In this document: one piece after another, positions 14,301-30,577 of the stretch
Layout of the letters: every line of letters begins with the position of its first letter
Numbering within the stretch: position 1 is the first letter of the stretch
NCBI GenBank assembly: GCA_964016885.1
Contig: OZ024754.1
Span: 26,970,001-27,034,000, forward strand
DNA from: Eledone cirrhosa
Taxonomy: Eukaryota
DNA: 64,000 nt
Reading direction: 5' to 3'
Notes under the pieces: model-generated
What the model saw: only the letters and a program-made list of their open reading frames with translations
Told to the model about the DNA's origin: nothing
The model's database searches: none
Translations under genes and position numbers: made by a program

Positions 14301-15152
14301 ATTTATATTTATGTCAATATTTATATTTATATATTTATGTGTGTGTGTATATATATATATATACGCACATATATATATAGAAAAGTATATATATATATAT
14401 ACTATAAAGTATGTCCATAGAATCATTTGATAATATATATACACCATTTCCTCTCCCAATTAGCATAATAAACCACACAAAAAAACAATTAAACCAAGCT
14501 ATAAGATTAAAAGGCACCTATGAAGAAATAGTGGATAAATAAACGATAGCCATCTATTCGCGGTCAACCGCCATAGAATATTTACCCAACATTTCAATAG
14601 CACGAGGAAATCGATTAAATATACCGTCAACCATACACAATTAGGTATAAAATTAAAGTTAGAAGAAAAAGTGCATATACACATACCGGGATTATGTTTC
14701 TACCCTTAGGGTTTCGATAGCTTTCGGAAATATCCTGTCAAGGATAAATTCTCGAGCTTCGAACTCATCAAGAAACAAACTCACTTGGATAAAGATTTTT
14801 CTTAGATGATCCCCGCCAGAAACGAATTCAAAATGGCTAAGAACTGTGACGTGGCAGTGGTCAAGTCAGAAAGAATGTGATTGGTGCCTACGGCGAGTGG
14901 GCTGGATGCTAGAAAGCGCAGCCCAATATTGCCCAAATTGCATCTCAACCTTATGGGAGATTATCAAATATAAAGATTTACATATACACAAACTAGACAA
15001 AGTCACAGATATATATGTTTTGGCAACCATGCACGATGTGGCTCAATGATGAATTAATAAATTCTCTCTCTATATATATATATGTGTATATATATATACA
15101 TACACCACACTAACATTGCGTGCATATATATTATATACATACACACACACAC

Positions 15153-15275
<123 letters not shown>

Positions 15276-15315
15276 GTATATATATATATTTATGTATATA
15301 TATATATATATATAC

Positions 15316-15860
15316 ATGGAATAACAACAACACCCAAACAAACAACACTGACCTAAGAGAAGTATAAATAAATAAATAAATAGATAAATAAATAAATAAA
15401 TACATACACAAGCACAATAACAACAAACACATATAAACACACACTAGCCACCCAATCACGAACACACATCAAACAAAACACTATACACACACGCAAACGC
15501 ATGCGCAAAGAAGACAAAATAAAATGAACAAACAAACAAATAAATAAATAAATATATAGACAGACTAAATAAAATGGCGTAGACATACAATGCAACGGGA
15601 GGAAACAATAGCACCACTGACGATGTTGCAGATGTGCAACGAAGGAACTCTGATAAACTATATATATGTGTTTGTGTCTATATTGTATCTGTACTATTTT
15701 TGACCGCCGGTCAGTCAATGGCAACATTGAGGACCGAATAAATTAGATTACCGATATAAAAGACACAGAAGCGAAAAGCGAAAACCAACCAAACAGTGAG
15801 TGTTTTCTGTTATTAATTCTGGCAATATTACACAAATATGACCCTCCCCAAGTATAACTA
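15316..15860 (+). repeat. Solo pLTR of a PLE related to 7381-12657, with HHR-like motif 15613-15654
   Basis: Begins ATGGAATAACAAC (cf. EWNSN at the ORF end). CTGACGA-T-GTTGCA..TGCAAC-GAAG-GAAC-TC. Ends ATGACCCTCCCCAAGTATAAC (cf. MTLPKYN) before (TA)n. Confidence 0.7.
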
Positions 15861-16055
15861 TAACTATATATATATATATATATATACGGGGTAACAAATA
15901 ATAGTTAAATGCAGTCCACTTAGGTGAAGTCCAGTTATGGTATTCCAGGTAGTGGATGATATTAACGCTTGGCTTGGTTTGACTCAACAAGGCGTTTTCA
16001 TAGTGATGCTGCGGGTATGCTGTAATTCCTATGTTGTAAACACTTGGAGTAATAA

Positions 16056-16608
16056 TAAATCAGGAAAGAAGGTTTACATGGTTTGCTATACAAAAAAGTT
16101 TTTAATCACATAGCTTACATTTGTTTCACTGAACTGGTATGTCTAGAGATAGCTATCCGCTTAATTTTGCGTTACTCGATCGCCAATACAGAATTATAAC
16201 CAGTCAGATCTTCGGAGCATGCGAGAATGAAGAAAATACACAGGCAAGAAAAGAAAAGAAAATACGGCTACTATATGGAGTAGTTATGGCATTCAATTAG
16301 AACAATAACAACAATTACAACAATGCTATCAATAAACTATTTAAGGAGACCCTGACATTACTTAGGTGGGGGGTATATAATGTATCTAATGTTACGGCGT
16401 GAAAACCAGCTGTCATAAGGCAAAAAGTATCGTAGTGTGTATCAATTTTAAATTATAAAGATAAGCTAGTTTTTACAGTCTTTCTCTTCATCTTCATCAG
16501 TATACATGAGTGGGACCACTGTCAAAGCTCAATAGTTGTAGAGTTAATACAGAGGTTAACGAATTAATATACGCATATATCTACGCACACACACACACAC
16601 ATACACAT

Positions 16609-16639
<31 letters not shown>

Positions 16640-17597
16640 AATATATATACACATATATACACATGCATGTGTACATAGACACATACATACACATCAATAT
16701 ACACTCGTACAAAAATATACATACATGCAAAGAGAAAAGCGTGCTAATTGTAATTATGGCAAAAAGAAGGTAAAGTAACATTGTAGTAGTGAAATGAGAA
16801 AAACTAGGATTTAGGATCAAATGATTGCAGCAGCTGAGAAGGAGTAAGATTGTTGGTAGATGAGGTACTTACAGACTACAATGTTACTTTACCTTCTTTT
16901 TGCCATAATTACAATTAGCACGCTTTTCTCTTTGCATGTATGTATATTTTTGTACGAGTGTATATTGATGTGTATGTATGTGTCTATGTACACATGCATG
17001 TGTATATATGTGTATATATATTTATATATATATATGTGTGTGTGTGTGTATGTGTATGTGTGTGTGTGTGTGCGTAGATATATGCGTATATTAATTCGTT
17101 AACCTCTGTATTAACTCTACAACTATTGAGCTTTGACAGTGGTCCCACTCATGTATACTGTTGAAGATGAAGAGAAAGACTGTAAAAACTAGCTTATCTT
17201 TATAATTTAAAATTGATACACACTACGATACTTTTTGCCTTATGACAGCTGGTTTTCACGCCGTAACATTAGATACATTATATACCCCCCACCTAAGTAA
17301 TGTCAGGGTCTCCTTAAATAGTTTATTGATAGCATTGTTGTAATTGTTGTTATTGTTCTAATTGAATGCCATAACTACTCCATATAGTAGCCGTATTTTC
17401 TTTTCTTTTCTTGCCTGTGTATTTTCTTCATTCTCGCATGCTCCGAAGATCTGACTGGTTATAATTCTGTATTGGCGATCGAGTAACGCAAAATTAAGCG
17501 GATAGCGATCTCTAGACATACCAGTTCAGTGAAACAAATGTAAGCTATGTGATTAAAAACTTTTTTGTATAGCAAACCATGTAAACCTTCTTTCCTG

Positions 17598-17601
<4 letters not shown>
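16056..17601. repeat. Near-perfect long inverted repeat (arms about 730 bp, spacer about 90 bp), probable PLE 3'-end fold-back
   Basis: 16056-16786 is the reverse complement of about 16876-17601 with few mismatches. The right end abuts (TA)n. Confidence 0.9.
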
Positions 17602-17673
<72 letters not shown>

Positions 17674-17679
17674 TATATA

Positions 17680-18535
17680 TACACAAAGATCGGAATTAAG
17701 AGTATTCCGCAGTTCACTGTAATAATAATAATAGTATTACCTCAAAGAAGAATAGAGAATTTCCTTCTGAGCTCAAATGCAAATATATTACACAAAGAGA
17801 AGTGTGTTACACAGTGAGATGTGTGTAAAGAATTATTACAAGTGAGTTTACCGTTACTGTATAGAGAACAATATCTACAGGTTTAGCAATTAAATAGAAA
17901 AAAACTAAGTCAGAATCAAATCTCTGAATTAGAGTTTTAAATTACTAACCTTATAACTATAAGTTTGCTGATACGAATCTCGCTTCGTTTCACCACTGAT
18001 ATGTGTAGTATAACAGGTCACAGGATCCTATCTCACTGTGTAACACACTTCTCTTTGTGTAATATATTTGCATTTGAACTCAGAAGGAAATTCTCTATTC
18101 TTCTTTGAGCTAATACTATTATTATTATTACAGTGAACTGCGGAATACTCTTAATTCCGATCTTTGTATACTTAACGAGCTCCAAATTGTTGAGCTAATA
18201 AATTCGAATGGTTGGACTGCCCTTTCTAGCATTTCCCCAATCCATGAGAGCCGTTATTTGATGCAAATAACATGTGATTTCGCCCTACTCTGGGCAGCGT
18301 GTATATTAGCTTTCTCTCTATCCATGAGGTTAGATGTGTCATGAACAGTGTCCACATTTGCTGACTGAGGATCCTGTGACCTGTTACACTGCACATATCA
18401 GTGGTGAATAGTTTTTTTCTATTTAATTGCTAAACCTGTAGATATTGTTCTCTATACAGTAACGGTAAAACTCACTTGTAATAATTCTTTACACACATCT
18501 CACTGTGTAACACACTTCTCTTTGTGTAATATATT

Positions 18536-18538
<3 letters not shown>
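17680..18538. repeat. Scrambled fold-back pLTR remnant containing two complementary HHR halves
   Basis: 17680-17820 is inverted to 18030-18170; 17780-17905 to 18411-18538; 17990-18028 to 18368-18407. (TA)n on both sides. Confidence 0.75.
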
Positions 18539-18571
<33 letters not shown>

Positions 18572-19268
18572 CTTTTGATCTTTTTTTCTATAGCCTTAGA
18601 TTTTCGCTCAAACCTTCGTAAACAAATTATGACGTCATATGTTTTTTCTACGTTTATAAATCTTTCTAGCAATTTCCTTTATTTACTTGTTGATATAAAA
18701 TAAAAATTAAATAGTATACCCCCACATATATAGATTTTTACTAGAAATTATTAATTTTGACACAGATAGACTATTTTTATTTTTATTTTATTTTATAAAA
18801 ATATTTTTTTATATTTTATTTTATTTTATTTTATTTTATTTTATTTTATTTTATTTTATTTTATTAATACATTTTTACACTTCTTAATCCAATTTTTAGT
18901 ATTTAAACCCAATATAAAATAATATACCCAGTTTCTATATTTAGACCTCTAATATTTGAATACCGTCTATAATATTCGCACACACACCTCATCAATTTAC
19001 TTTTTAACCGTTATTTACAGGTGTTTTCATTTTGACAGTGTTCCTGATCAAACGTCTCTCTCTCTCACTTTCTCTCTCTCTTTTCCTTTTTTTCCTCTTT
19101 TTTTCCTTTCTTCTCTTTCTTTTTCCTTTTTCTCCTCTTCTTTCCTTTCTTCTATTTTCCTATCTATTTCTTACTATATTTCTGTCACATGTAGACTTAG
19201 CACTTTTGTATTCGAAATGTGCATAATAAAATATATGGAACTCTTTAACCATCTTTTAATTTCTTCTT

Positions 19269-19337
<69 letters not shown>

Positions 19338-19338
<1 letters not shown>

Positions 19339-19481
19339 AGGGCGGGTAAAATACCCGAGATCCATGGACGAGTTCTCTCCAGCGGTCTCTGCCCCTCATT
19401 ATCGCTGCCATGTCCTGCGTCTCCAACAGACCAATGTCTGTCCTTAGGGCATCAACATACGTTAACCTTGGTCTTCCTCTT

Positions 19482-19482
<1 letters not shown>
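19338..19482 (-). mobile_element. RTE-clade LINE 3' end fragment
   Basis: Reverse complement of the end of the 21728-22084 and 33399-33778 copies. Confidence 0.8.
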
Positions 19483-19520
<38 letters not shown>

Positions 19521-19885
19521 GCAATGTTAGTGTGTGCATATAGAATCTATTACATTTTATAATATATATAGTGGAAACATAGTGATTCCTAATTCAATTT
19601 CGCTAAACATATACTTAAAATAAAAACTATAATAGAAAGAAAAGAAGACATCAGAGAAAATCTCACATCACTTTGGTATATTAACCGTTGCATCTCGTTA
19701 TCAAGTCTCTTCTTTTTAAGGAAATTTAATTATTCAGTTAAATGTTTTTTTTCTCCGGTTTTATTAGTTTGTTTTGCCACGTAGGCACTGACAAAGCGTA
19801 AAGAGAACTAGTTTTATATGTTTTGCTATCTCTCAGGTGATCGCAATGTTCACCCCTCCTCATATAATATAATATAATATAGTAT

Positions 19886-19931
<46 letters not shown>

Positions 19932-20324
19932 GAATGCAACACTCCTCCGCCGATAAAATCATTTCCAGTCTGTAAACAGTGGTGAATACATTTTCTTTAA
20001 GCTAAATTGATTGCCTAATTTTCTAAGTAATATTCTAACATACTCATAACTTGATGTTAGTTTATGGTGAATAAAATAATAAAAATAATAATAATATTAA
20101 TAATATATACAGTAGAAAGATCGATATTGACTTTGTAGCTTATAAATAATAGAAAACTGTAACTGACGCTTTTTGTCTCCCTCACATACTCGCACATATA
20201 CGCACGCACGCATGCATGCAGACACTCACATTTATATATATATATATGCAAACACACACACACACATATATAGATATATACACATATATATATATATACC
20301 TACAATATATATATATATATATAT

Positions 20325-21720
20325 AGGGTTAACCGCCAATAGATTCAAGCAGCGTCTTTATATGCGTACCCATCCTTTTCTTAACCCTTTAAGAAGGAAT
20401 ATGATGTCACTTTCAGCTTATATCTGGAGTCTAAAAGACAACCACGCCCAATATAAGTTACACTGGGAGATCCTAGTTAAGGCTAGATCGTATAACGGAA
20501 ATAAAAGACTATGTGACCTCTGCACCGCTGAAGCCCTGGAAATAATCTACGCCAAAGACAAAATCTTAAACAAAAAATCTGAGGCAATTTCGGCTTGTAA
20601 ACATAAATTGCACAAAACTTTCCTGTATTACAGCCCCACATTATACCCTAACGGATAGTACGAACTATACGCGGATATTTTACGTCTTGATGTGGTAGCT
20701 AAGTATATGTTATGTTTATACCATTACTTATTTGTATAGGTAAGTATATATTACCTGTATGTTTTGTGAAGGTACGTATACTTTCTCATACGTATATTTG
20801 CTTGTATATGTTATAGGCGTATATATTATATTATATATACTAGTACATGTGCATATGGTCATGTGTATACCTGGGTTTTGCGTCTGTGTGAGTATGCGGG
20901 TTCTTATGTATGTAGGGTGTGTGTATATGTGTACTTTGTGTTTTGGTTGACGTACATTTAGCGAACATATGTGTATTTAGATGTAGGTATGTGTGTGCGC
21001 GCGTTATATACGTATTTATGTGTGTATATTTATATACGTTTATATAATTTTATGTATACACGCACACACACACACACATATATATATATATTTTATATAT
21101 ATTTTTACGTGTATTTGGTGTATACGTTCGTATGTGTGCGGGTACAGGCGTTGCGTGGGTTTTGTATGTGCGTGCGTGTTTTTTTGTGTACGTGCTTGTA
21201 TTTGCATACCCATGGCGGGTGTTTTCGCGTATGCATGTGTATATACGTGCATGTATATATTTAATTTTTGTTGATTTCAATTACCTCTAATTTATTTACA
21301 TTATTCTTAACTCTGAAGCCGAGAATCATTCGGTTTCCTAAATAGAATTTTAGTCTACGACTTCATTTATACCATAAACGTGGTTTTATCTTTGCGTGTA
21401 ATTGTTTTCACCGCTCCAAATAATGACGCATTATCTTCGTTTTCTTCCGTTCTTTGCCTGGGAACGTTTCCACGAACAAAGTATCGTCTTCCTGTCTTCC
21501 TTCGGTTGCAACGTTTTTCGAAATATTTACTTCTGCATTCACAGATTGATTTTTTTAGTTTCAGAAGATCCCGTTAAGGGTGAAAGCAGCGATTCTTTGC
21601 TTAAACTTTAATCTGTTATTTTAATAAATATTTGCTCTACGGTTCTTATATATTTGATATATATCTATCCTTATCGAGCCTTCTTTGGATTTTAGTCTTC
21701 AAATTTATTATTATTACTAT
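20325..21720 (+). mobile_element. 5'-truncated PLE: GIY-YIG C-terminus (20325-20658) plus long 3' region/pLTR
   Basis: IGLTANRFKQR..LSAYIWSLKD..Y.LHWEIL..SY..LCDLC..E..LNKKSE..C.H. (TA)n flanks. Confidence 0.8.
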
Positions 21721-21727
21721 ATATATA

Positions 21728-22079
21728 TGGTGGATGGTGCTACACAAGAATGCTGAGGATGGCTCTGAACATTAATCAGTATACACTGAGGATGAAAAAC
21801 TCAGAGCGGTATGGGAGCCTCCCACAAGTCAGCTCAAAAGTGACACAGAGGAGACTGAGGTTAGCTGGACATGCTCACCGACATCCAGAGTTAACATTGC
21901 ACTCAGTGCTCCTGTGGGAGCCCCTACATGGACACACTGGAAGAGGAAGACCAAGGTTAATGTATGTTGATGCCCTAATCACAGACACTGGTCTGTTAGA
22001 GACGCGGGACATGGCAGCGATAATGAGGGACAGAGACCGCTGCAGAGAACTCGTCCATGGATCTCGGAAATTTTACCCG

Positions 22080-22084
<5 letters not shown>
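21728..22084 (+). mobile_element. RTE-clade LINE 3' fragment
   Basis: RMLRMAL..RRLRLAGH..LLWEP.HG..RGRPRL.YVDAL..DR. Ends cccgcccta(TA)n. Confidence 0.8.
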
Positions 22085-22130
<46 letters not shown>

Positions 22131-22131
<1 letters not shown>

Positions 22132-22388
22132 CGAAGGAGGTGTGGTAAGGAACCAAATGGACCATAACACACCAGAGTACTCAATACTTAGGGTAGTAGA
22201 GTGGGTAATAGGAAAATGTTTAACCCCGACGGCAGAGCTCAAGCCGTTTCGACGGCTATTTCTGAACTAAATTAGAATGTTTAGAATTTTTTTCTTTTTT
22301 TTTTACCACGCTAAAAATTTTAATTTAGTCCAGAAATAGCCGTCGAAACGGCTTGAGCTCTGCCGTCGGGGTTAAACATTTTCCTATA
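22131..22388. repeat. Fold-back pLTR fragment carrying the 3' half of an HHR (family also at about 27890-28015, 38560-38617, 61815-62085, 62991-64000)
   Basis: 22207-22272 is inverted to 22321-22388. GAAACGGCTTGAGCTCTGCCGTCGGGG. Confidence 0.75.
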
Positions 22389-22786
22389 TATATATATATA
22401 TTTATTTATTTATTATATAAGACGATCATGCTGGTGACCCAACAAAGAGCTCCTAGTCCATCATGTAAGGTGTACATGTTAATGACACGACAAAAGAACA
22501 TTCATTCAGTCCACTCTGTAAAGTAATCGTGCTAGTGACACGACAAATAAGCACCCAGTCCACCCTGTAATATGGTCGTATTGGTGGAATACCAAAAAAC
22601 AATCAGTCCACTCTGTAAAGTGATTGTATTAAAGTCATATTTCAATTTGATAACAAATATTATTTGATGCTATTTTGGAAGCGATTTTGAAAACGTAATG
22701 AAACCGTTTAGTAGGCCTTTATAAGGAAGATTCAATAGTCACATGTAGCTGCTGTATTACATTCGAGAATCTAGACGGTATGTTAA

Positions 22787-23290
22787 AGGAGTGATCGTGC
22801 GTGGTTTTGTGGTTAACCCTTTAGCATTTACGTTACTCTATATATACTATTATATTTTCATGGTAAATGCTTTCTCTCACACAATTATCTCACATAATAT
22901 CGAATCTATGAGATTTTGAAAGTATTTATTTTGAGAACAATACCTTAACATCAGTTTAAGTGACCAGTTACAGCCAGTTTCAACAGAAAAAGGTCGAGAA
23001 TTCTAGCCGTTTTGGCCGGTTTGAACATTAAAGGGTTAAGGTATTCGGCTTCTAAGGTCGTGCGTTCGATTCCCGGCGGTGCGTTGGGTCCTTGAGCAAG
23101 AGACTTTATTTCACGTTGCTCCAGTATATTCAGCTGGCAAAAATGAGTTGTGCCTGTAATTCGAAGGTTAAGTGTACGCGTGCCTTTGGAATGCTCAGCC
23201 ACTTGCACGTTAATTTCATGAGCGCACTGTTCCATTGATCGTATCAACTGGAGTACTCTTCATGGTAACCCTCGAAGTGCCAGTTATATG
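22787..23290 (+). mobile_element. tRNA-derived SINE interrupted by a TTAA MITE
   Basis: A-box region gtggttaa|gg is split by the insertion. B-box GTTCGATTCCC, then tccttgagcaag. Confidence 0.6.
22817..23035. mobile_element. piggyBac-like MITE
   Basis: TTAA|CCCTTTA ... TAAAGGG|TTAA: short TIRs plus TTAA duplication. Confidence 0.65.
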
Positions 23291-24361
23291 TTAAGTTAGA
23301 CGAACACGGCAAATATTCTGACACTTAAAATTTGTTTCGCATGTCAGTTTTATCTCTATCCAAAACGCATTGTCTGTTTATTGCTGCTGTTGATATCTCA
23401 TCTACGGGAATCTATGTTTCACATGATATTAGTTTTAAGTGAGAAATCAAATTGCATCGGCACGTGTTCAAAATACTGTTCTGACCATGATGTAATGTTC
23501 AAGTTTTATACAATTAGTTACCCTGTCAATAATATTATATACACGCACGTACGTGTGTGTGCGGGCGGGTATGTGCGTGTATGTGTGTGTGTGTATGTAT
23601 GTGTGTGTGTATATATCAATGAGTATATACTTACTAGCAGAAAACTGTTTTGATATATAACTATTTTAGTCTACCTTGAAAAATATTTACCATTTTTGTT
23701 ATTGAAAACTTCAATTTTAAAACAGATACGAAAATATAAACCACCAAACGAAAGCAAACAACAACATAGGCTTGTGTTGAACGAGTTAAACTATTTAGCT
23801 GTTTATGCAAGACTTAGAATTTGGCATTATGGGAAAATATGAATAATTCACAGAACTTCATGAGAAATTCAATGGAATGGTAAGTAAGATTGAAATGTCA
23901 GAGAGTCTTGTAGGGCAGCAAGTTGCTTTATTTGTGGCGGTGATTTGCTATATTCAATATATGTCATCAATATATTTTCCTTTCAAAGATATCTTTTGTG
24001 TCTAATTTCAATTTTGTTATTCTGGACAATGAATCATAATCTTTTATATTCCAGAACTATCAACTAATGATGTAGGGCTATACAGAAACCGTTGCTGATA
24101 TTCCTAAACAAAACTTTACATAATAGACCATTTATAATATTGCTCAACATTACTTTTCTGCTTGTGAAATCAAAAGACTACCAGAAGAAAACAGCAGTTG
24201 ACCTTCACGAGTAGAGCTACCTCTGCAAAGGTTGATATTTCTAACTCATACCCACTGTAAACTAAATCAAAAGCCAAGCCAAGTGTTTCTTTCTTTTACA
24301 CAGACTTCTTGATTTTTAACATTGTGGACTAGACCATAAAATGACCATATAGATTAAGTAG

Positions 24362-27157
<2,796 letters not shown>

Positions 27158-27282
27158 TTATTCAAAGTAATCAAACTTATTTTACTAACTGGATTAAAAG
27201 AAATAAACCGTACGCAATCCCGCACTCCTTACTTTATTATAGTTTAGATATAGTTGACAAATAAAACAAAAACACAAGGATG

Positions 27283-27330
<48 letters not shown>

Positions 27331-27452
27331 TCCTTCTGTTTTTGTTTTATTTGTCAACTATATCTAAACTATAATAAAGTAAGGAGTGCGGGATTGCGTA
27401 CGGTTTATTTCTTTTAACCAGTTAGTAAAATAAGTTGGATTAATTTGAATAA
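27158..27452. repeat. Inverted repeat (arms about 125 bp) with (TA)n as the loop
   Basis: 27158-27283 is the reverse complement of 27328-27452. Confidence 0.85.
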
Positions 27453-28009
27453 ATAATGAATGAATATTACATAATTTATCTACTAAATTTCGTAGCTGTT
27501 GATTAAATATATTTTATTCCTTATTTAAAGATTCACTTCTTTAAAATTTTCAAATGTCAACACTTCCTGATAGCGATCGCTTAAATAAATATTCATATAT
27601 TTCAGTCACTGATTTTCTCCTAATGCAGTTTATATATAATATCGTCTTTTTTTAATGTATCATGGATTACGTTACTGATTACATAAGACAGTGAAACAAC
27701 GTCTTCGTTCAATTTCTGTGAATATTGTCAATTACGATTTTATTTGATGTATCATATCTACATGCATATATATTTGCGTATAATATCAATATGCACACTA
27801 CACATGCTAGCAGAAAACCACCCCAAGGGTGGTGTTTCTGCTAGTATGTATATATATAATGTATATGACAGATTCGAGTTCGGATCTAGTTGTTGAAACG
27901 GCAGGAGCTCAGCCGCTGCGGTCCCGAACTTTTCCTGTTACCCACTCTACTACCCCAAGTATTCAGTACTCAGGTGAGTTATAGTCTAACTGGTTATTAC
28001 TCCATCCAT

Positions 28010-28055
<46 letters not shown>

Positions 28056-28541
28056 GGGAGAATTTATCAGAAAAGCCCCGATGAATCCTCTCGAATGAAA
28101 CAGTTCTAGTCTCGTAGAAGCCATTTCTATATTAAATATCTATATTCTGCTATGTATTGTGTACCTTACTTACTGTGGTTACCCCAGATTGAACCAGGGA
28201 TAAACATAAATACACACACACACATATATATATATAGTATATATATATATATATTATATTATATATATATATATATTATATATATATTATATTTTTATAT
28301 ATATACTATATTTATAATATATAATATATTTATAATATTTTTATATATTATATTATATATATATATATAATATATTTGTAATATGTTTATATATTATATT
28401 ATATATATACTATATTTATAATATTTATATATATATATATATATTATACACTCACAAACACAAGCAAGTAGTATATTATTAAAGAAAAAGAGCTGGAGTA
28501 TAGTGATTCCTTGAACATTGACAGAATCACATATATATATT

Positions 28542-28733
28542 AATTGTTTCTACTTTTGGCACAAGGCCAGCAATTACCCAGTGCATTACTGGTACTTTAT
28601 TTTATCGACCCCGTAAGGATGAAAGGCAAAGTTAACCTCGGCGGGATTTGAACTCAGAATGGCAAGGGCCGTAACTCTATGCGTCAAAGCATGGCGTCCG
28701 ACCCTCTACCGATACTACCAATCCACGACGCTA
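28542..28733 (-). mobile_element. tRNA-derived SINE
   Basis: High similarity to 5783-5961. Confidence 0.8.
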
Positions 28734-29177
28734 TATGTATTAATGGGACTTAAAAGATATTTCTTTCTACAAAGACTAATTACGTTTCAAATTGTTGATT
28801 AAAAACTGAAAACAATACGTGATTAAAGAAAAGTAACCAATCAGAGAAAGTTCATTAAATTCAAGAACGGTCTTTTATACGATAGGAGCAGTCTTTCATT
28901 AATAAATTGTTTTGTTCTGTTTTTAATATATACTATTTCCGAAATTTGTTTAAGTACATACATATAAAGACATACGCACACATTCTTGCACACACTCGCG
29001 TATGAACATATATACAAACATACATACATATATACATACATACAAATATACATATAAACATGTACAAACATACGAACATACAATCACACAAACATATATA
29101 TATATATGTGTGTCCATATACACACATATAGACATATAAATATATGTATGTATGGGTTATATCGAACATTAATAATA

Positions 29178-29365
29178 ACTGTTTCTACTTTAGGCACAAG
29201 GCCAGCAATTACCCAGTGCCTTACTGATACTTTATTTTATCGACCCCGTAAGGATGAAAGGCAAAGTCAACCCCGGCGGGATTTGAACTCAGATCGTAAA
29301 GGGACGTAACTATGCGGGAAAGCATGGCGTCCGACCCTCTACCGATACTACCAATCCACCGCCCT
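29178..29365 (-). mobile_element. tRNA-derived SINE
   Basis: High similarity to 5783-5961. Confidence 0.8.
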
Positions 29366-29838
29366 TCCTATTAATAATAATGTTCGATTCGTTTATATAT
29401 CAGGATATTCCTGATAATTTCAAATGAATGAAACAGTTCTAGTCCTGTAAACGTCATTTCTATATGAAATGTATGCATTTTCTCAATATTGAATACCATA
29501 TTAAATCGTTGTTTCTCGACGATCCCCTTCAGAGAACCATTCATAATTATATATAATAATACACACATTTCTGAAGTGGGGTGCTCACCAGTGTCATATT
29601 AAACAATGCAAGAAGGACATACATTCACCTATGTTGATGATGTTTATTAAAATGATATTTACTGTCGTATTACTATTGTTGTATCTACATTGGTATATTG
29701 ATATCTCTATGTGAATCTCTCTACCTAGATATCTCTCCCTATATATTTACACACACACACACACACACACAATATGTATATATGTATATATATTATTCAC
29801 ATAGACACACATATGCGCACACACATAAATAAATTAAA

Positions 29839-29919
<81 letters not shown>

Positions 29920-30404
29920 TGTGTATGTATAAATATATATATAATTCAGACAGTGAGACGCTGAACAAAACAGAAAGAAAATCACAACAAACGGTAATAG
30001 AAAGTAGAGAGAAACGGAGAGGGAGAAAGTGTAAATCACAAAAATCAAAGGCAGAAAGTAATTGTCGTAGAATAGATAGGTTAGTAACTAGGAGAGCAAT
30101 ATGAGAAATAAAGAGGGAAGTTATATCAGTGATGATAACAACAATAGTTGAATACGTTACTAAACAATGACATCTTGCCTTTATACAACTGAGCTGAGGT
30201 GGGGGGTCTTTCTAAATGTGTAACGATTGTGTAACGTCTCTTGTAGAATGTTGGAGATTTTGTATGGAAAAGAATTACAAAAAAGAAAAGAAACAAAAAG
30301 ATAGAAACGAAAAAAAAAAACATTAACAAGAAAAGAAACCCAAAACAAAACAAATCAGAATGGTGATTGTTGTTTTATTACGGAGTAGCATTATCATCCA
30401 TACA

Positions 30405-30577
30405 ATATCGGTAGAGGGTCGGACGCCATGCTTTCCAGCATAGTTACGTCCCTTTACGATCTGAGTTCAAATCCCGCCGAGGTTGACTTTGCCTTTCATC
30501 CTTACGGGGTCGATAAAATAAAGTACCAGTAATGCACTGGGTAATTGCTGGCCTTGTGCCTAAAGTAGAAACAATTA
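30405..30577 (+). mobile_element. tRNA-derived SINE
   Basis: Same family. Flanked by the direct repeat attatcatccatacaata (likely TSD). Confidence 0.8.

Noticed and set aside
16056-17601. Fold-backs as pure assembly artefacts
   Set aside because: Most arms differ by substitutions and indels, have unique loops and recur with family-specific ends. Only the most perfect ones still need read support.
23790-24300. Possible decayed transposase
   Set aside because: No recognisable motif in any frame.
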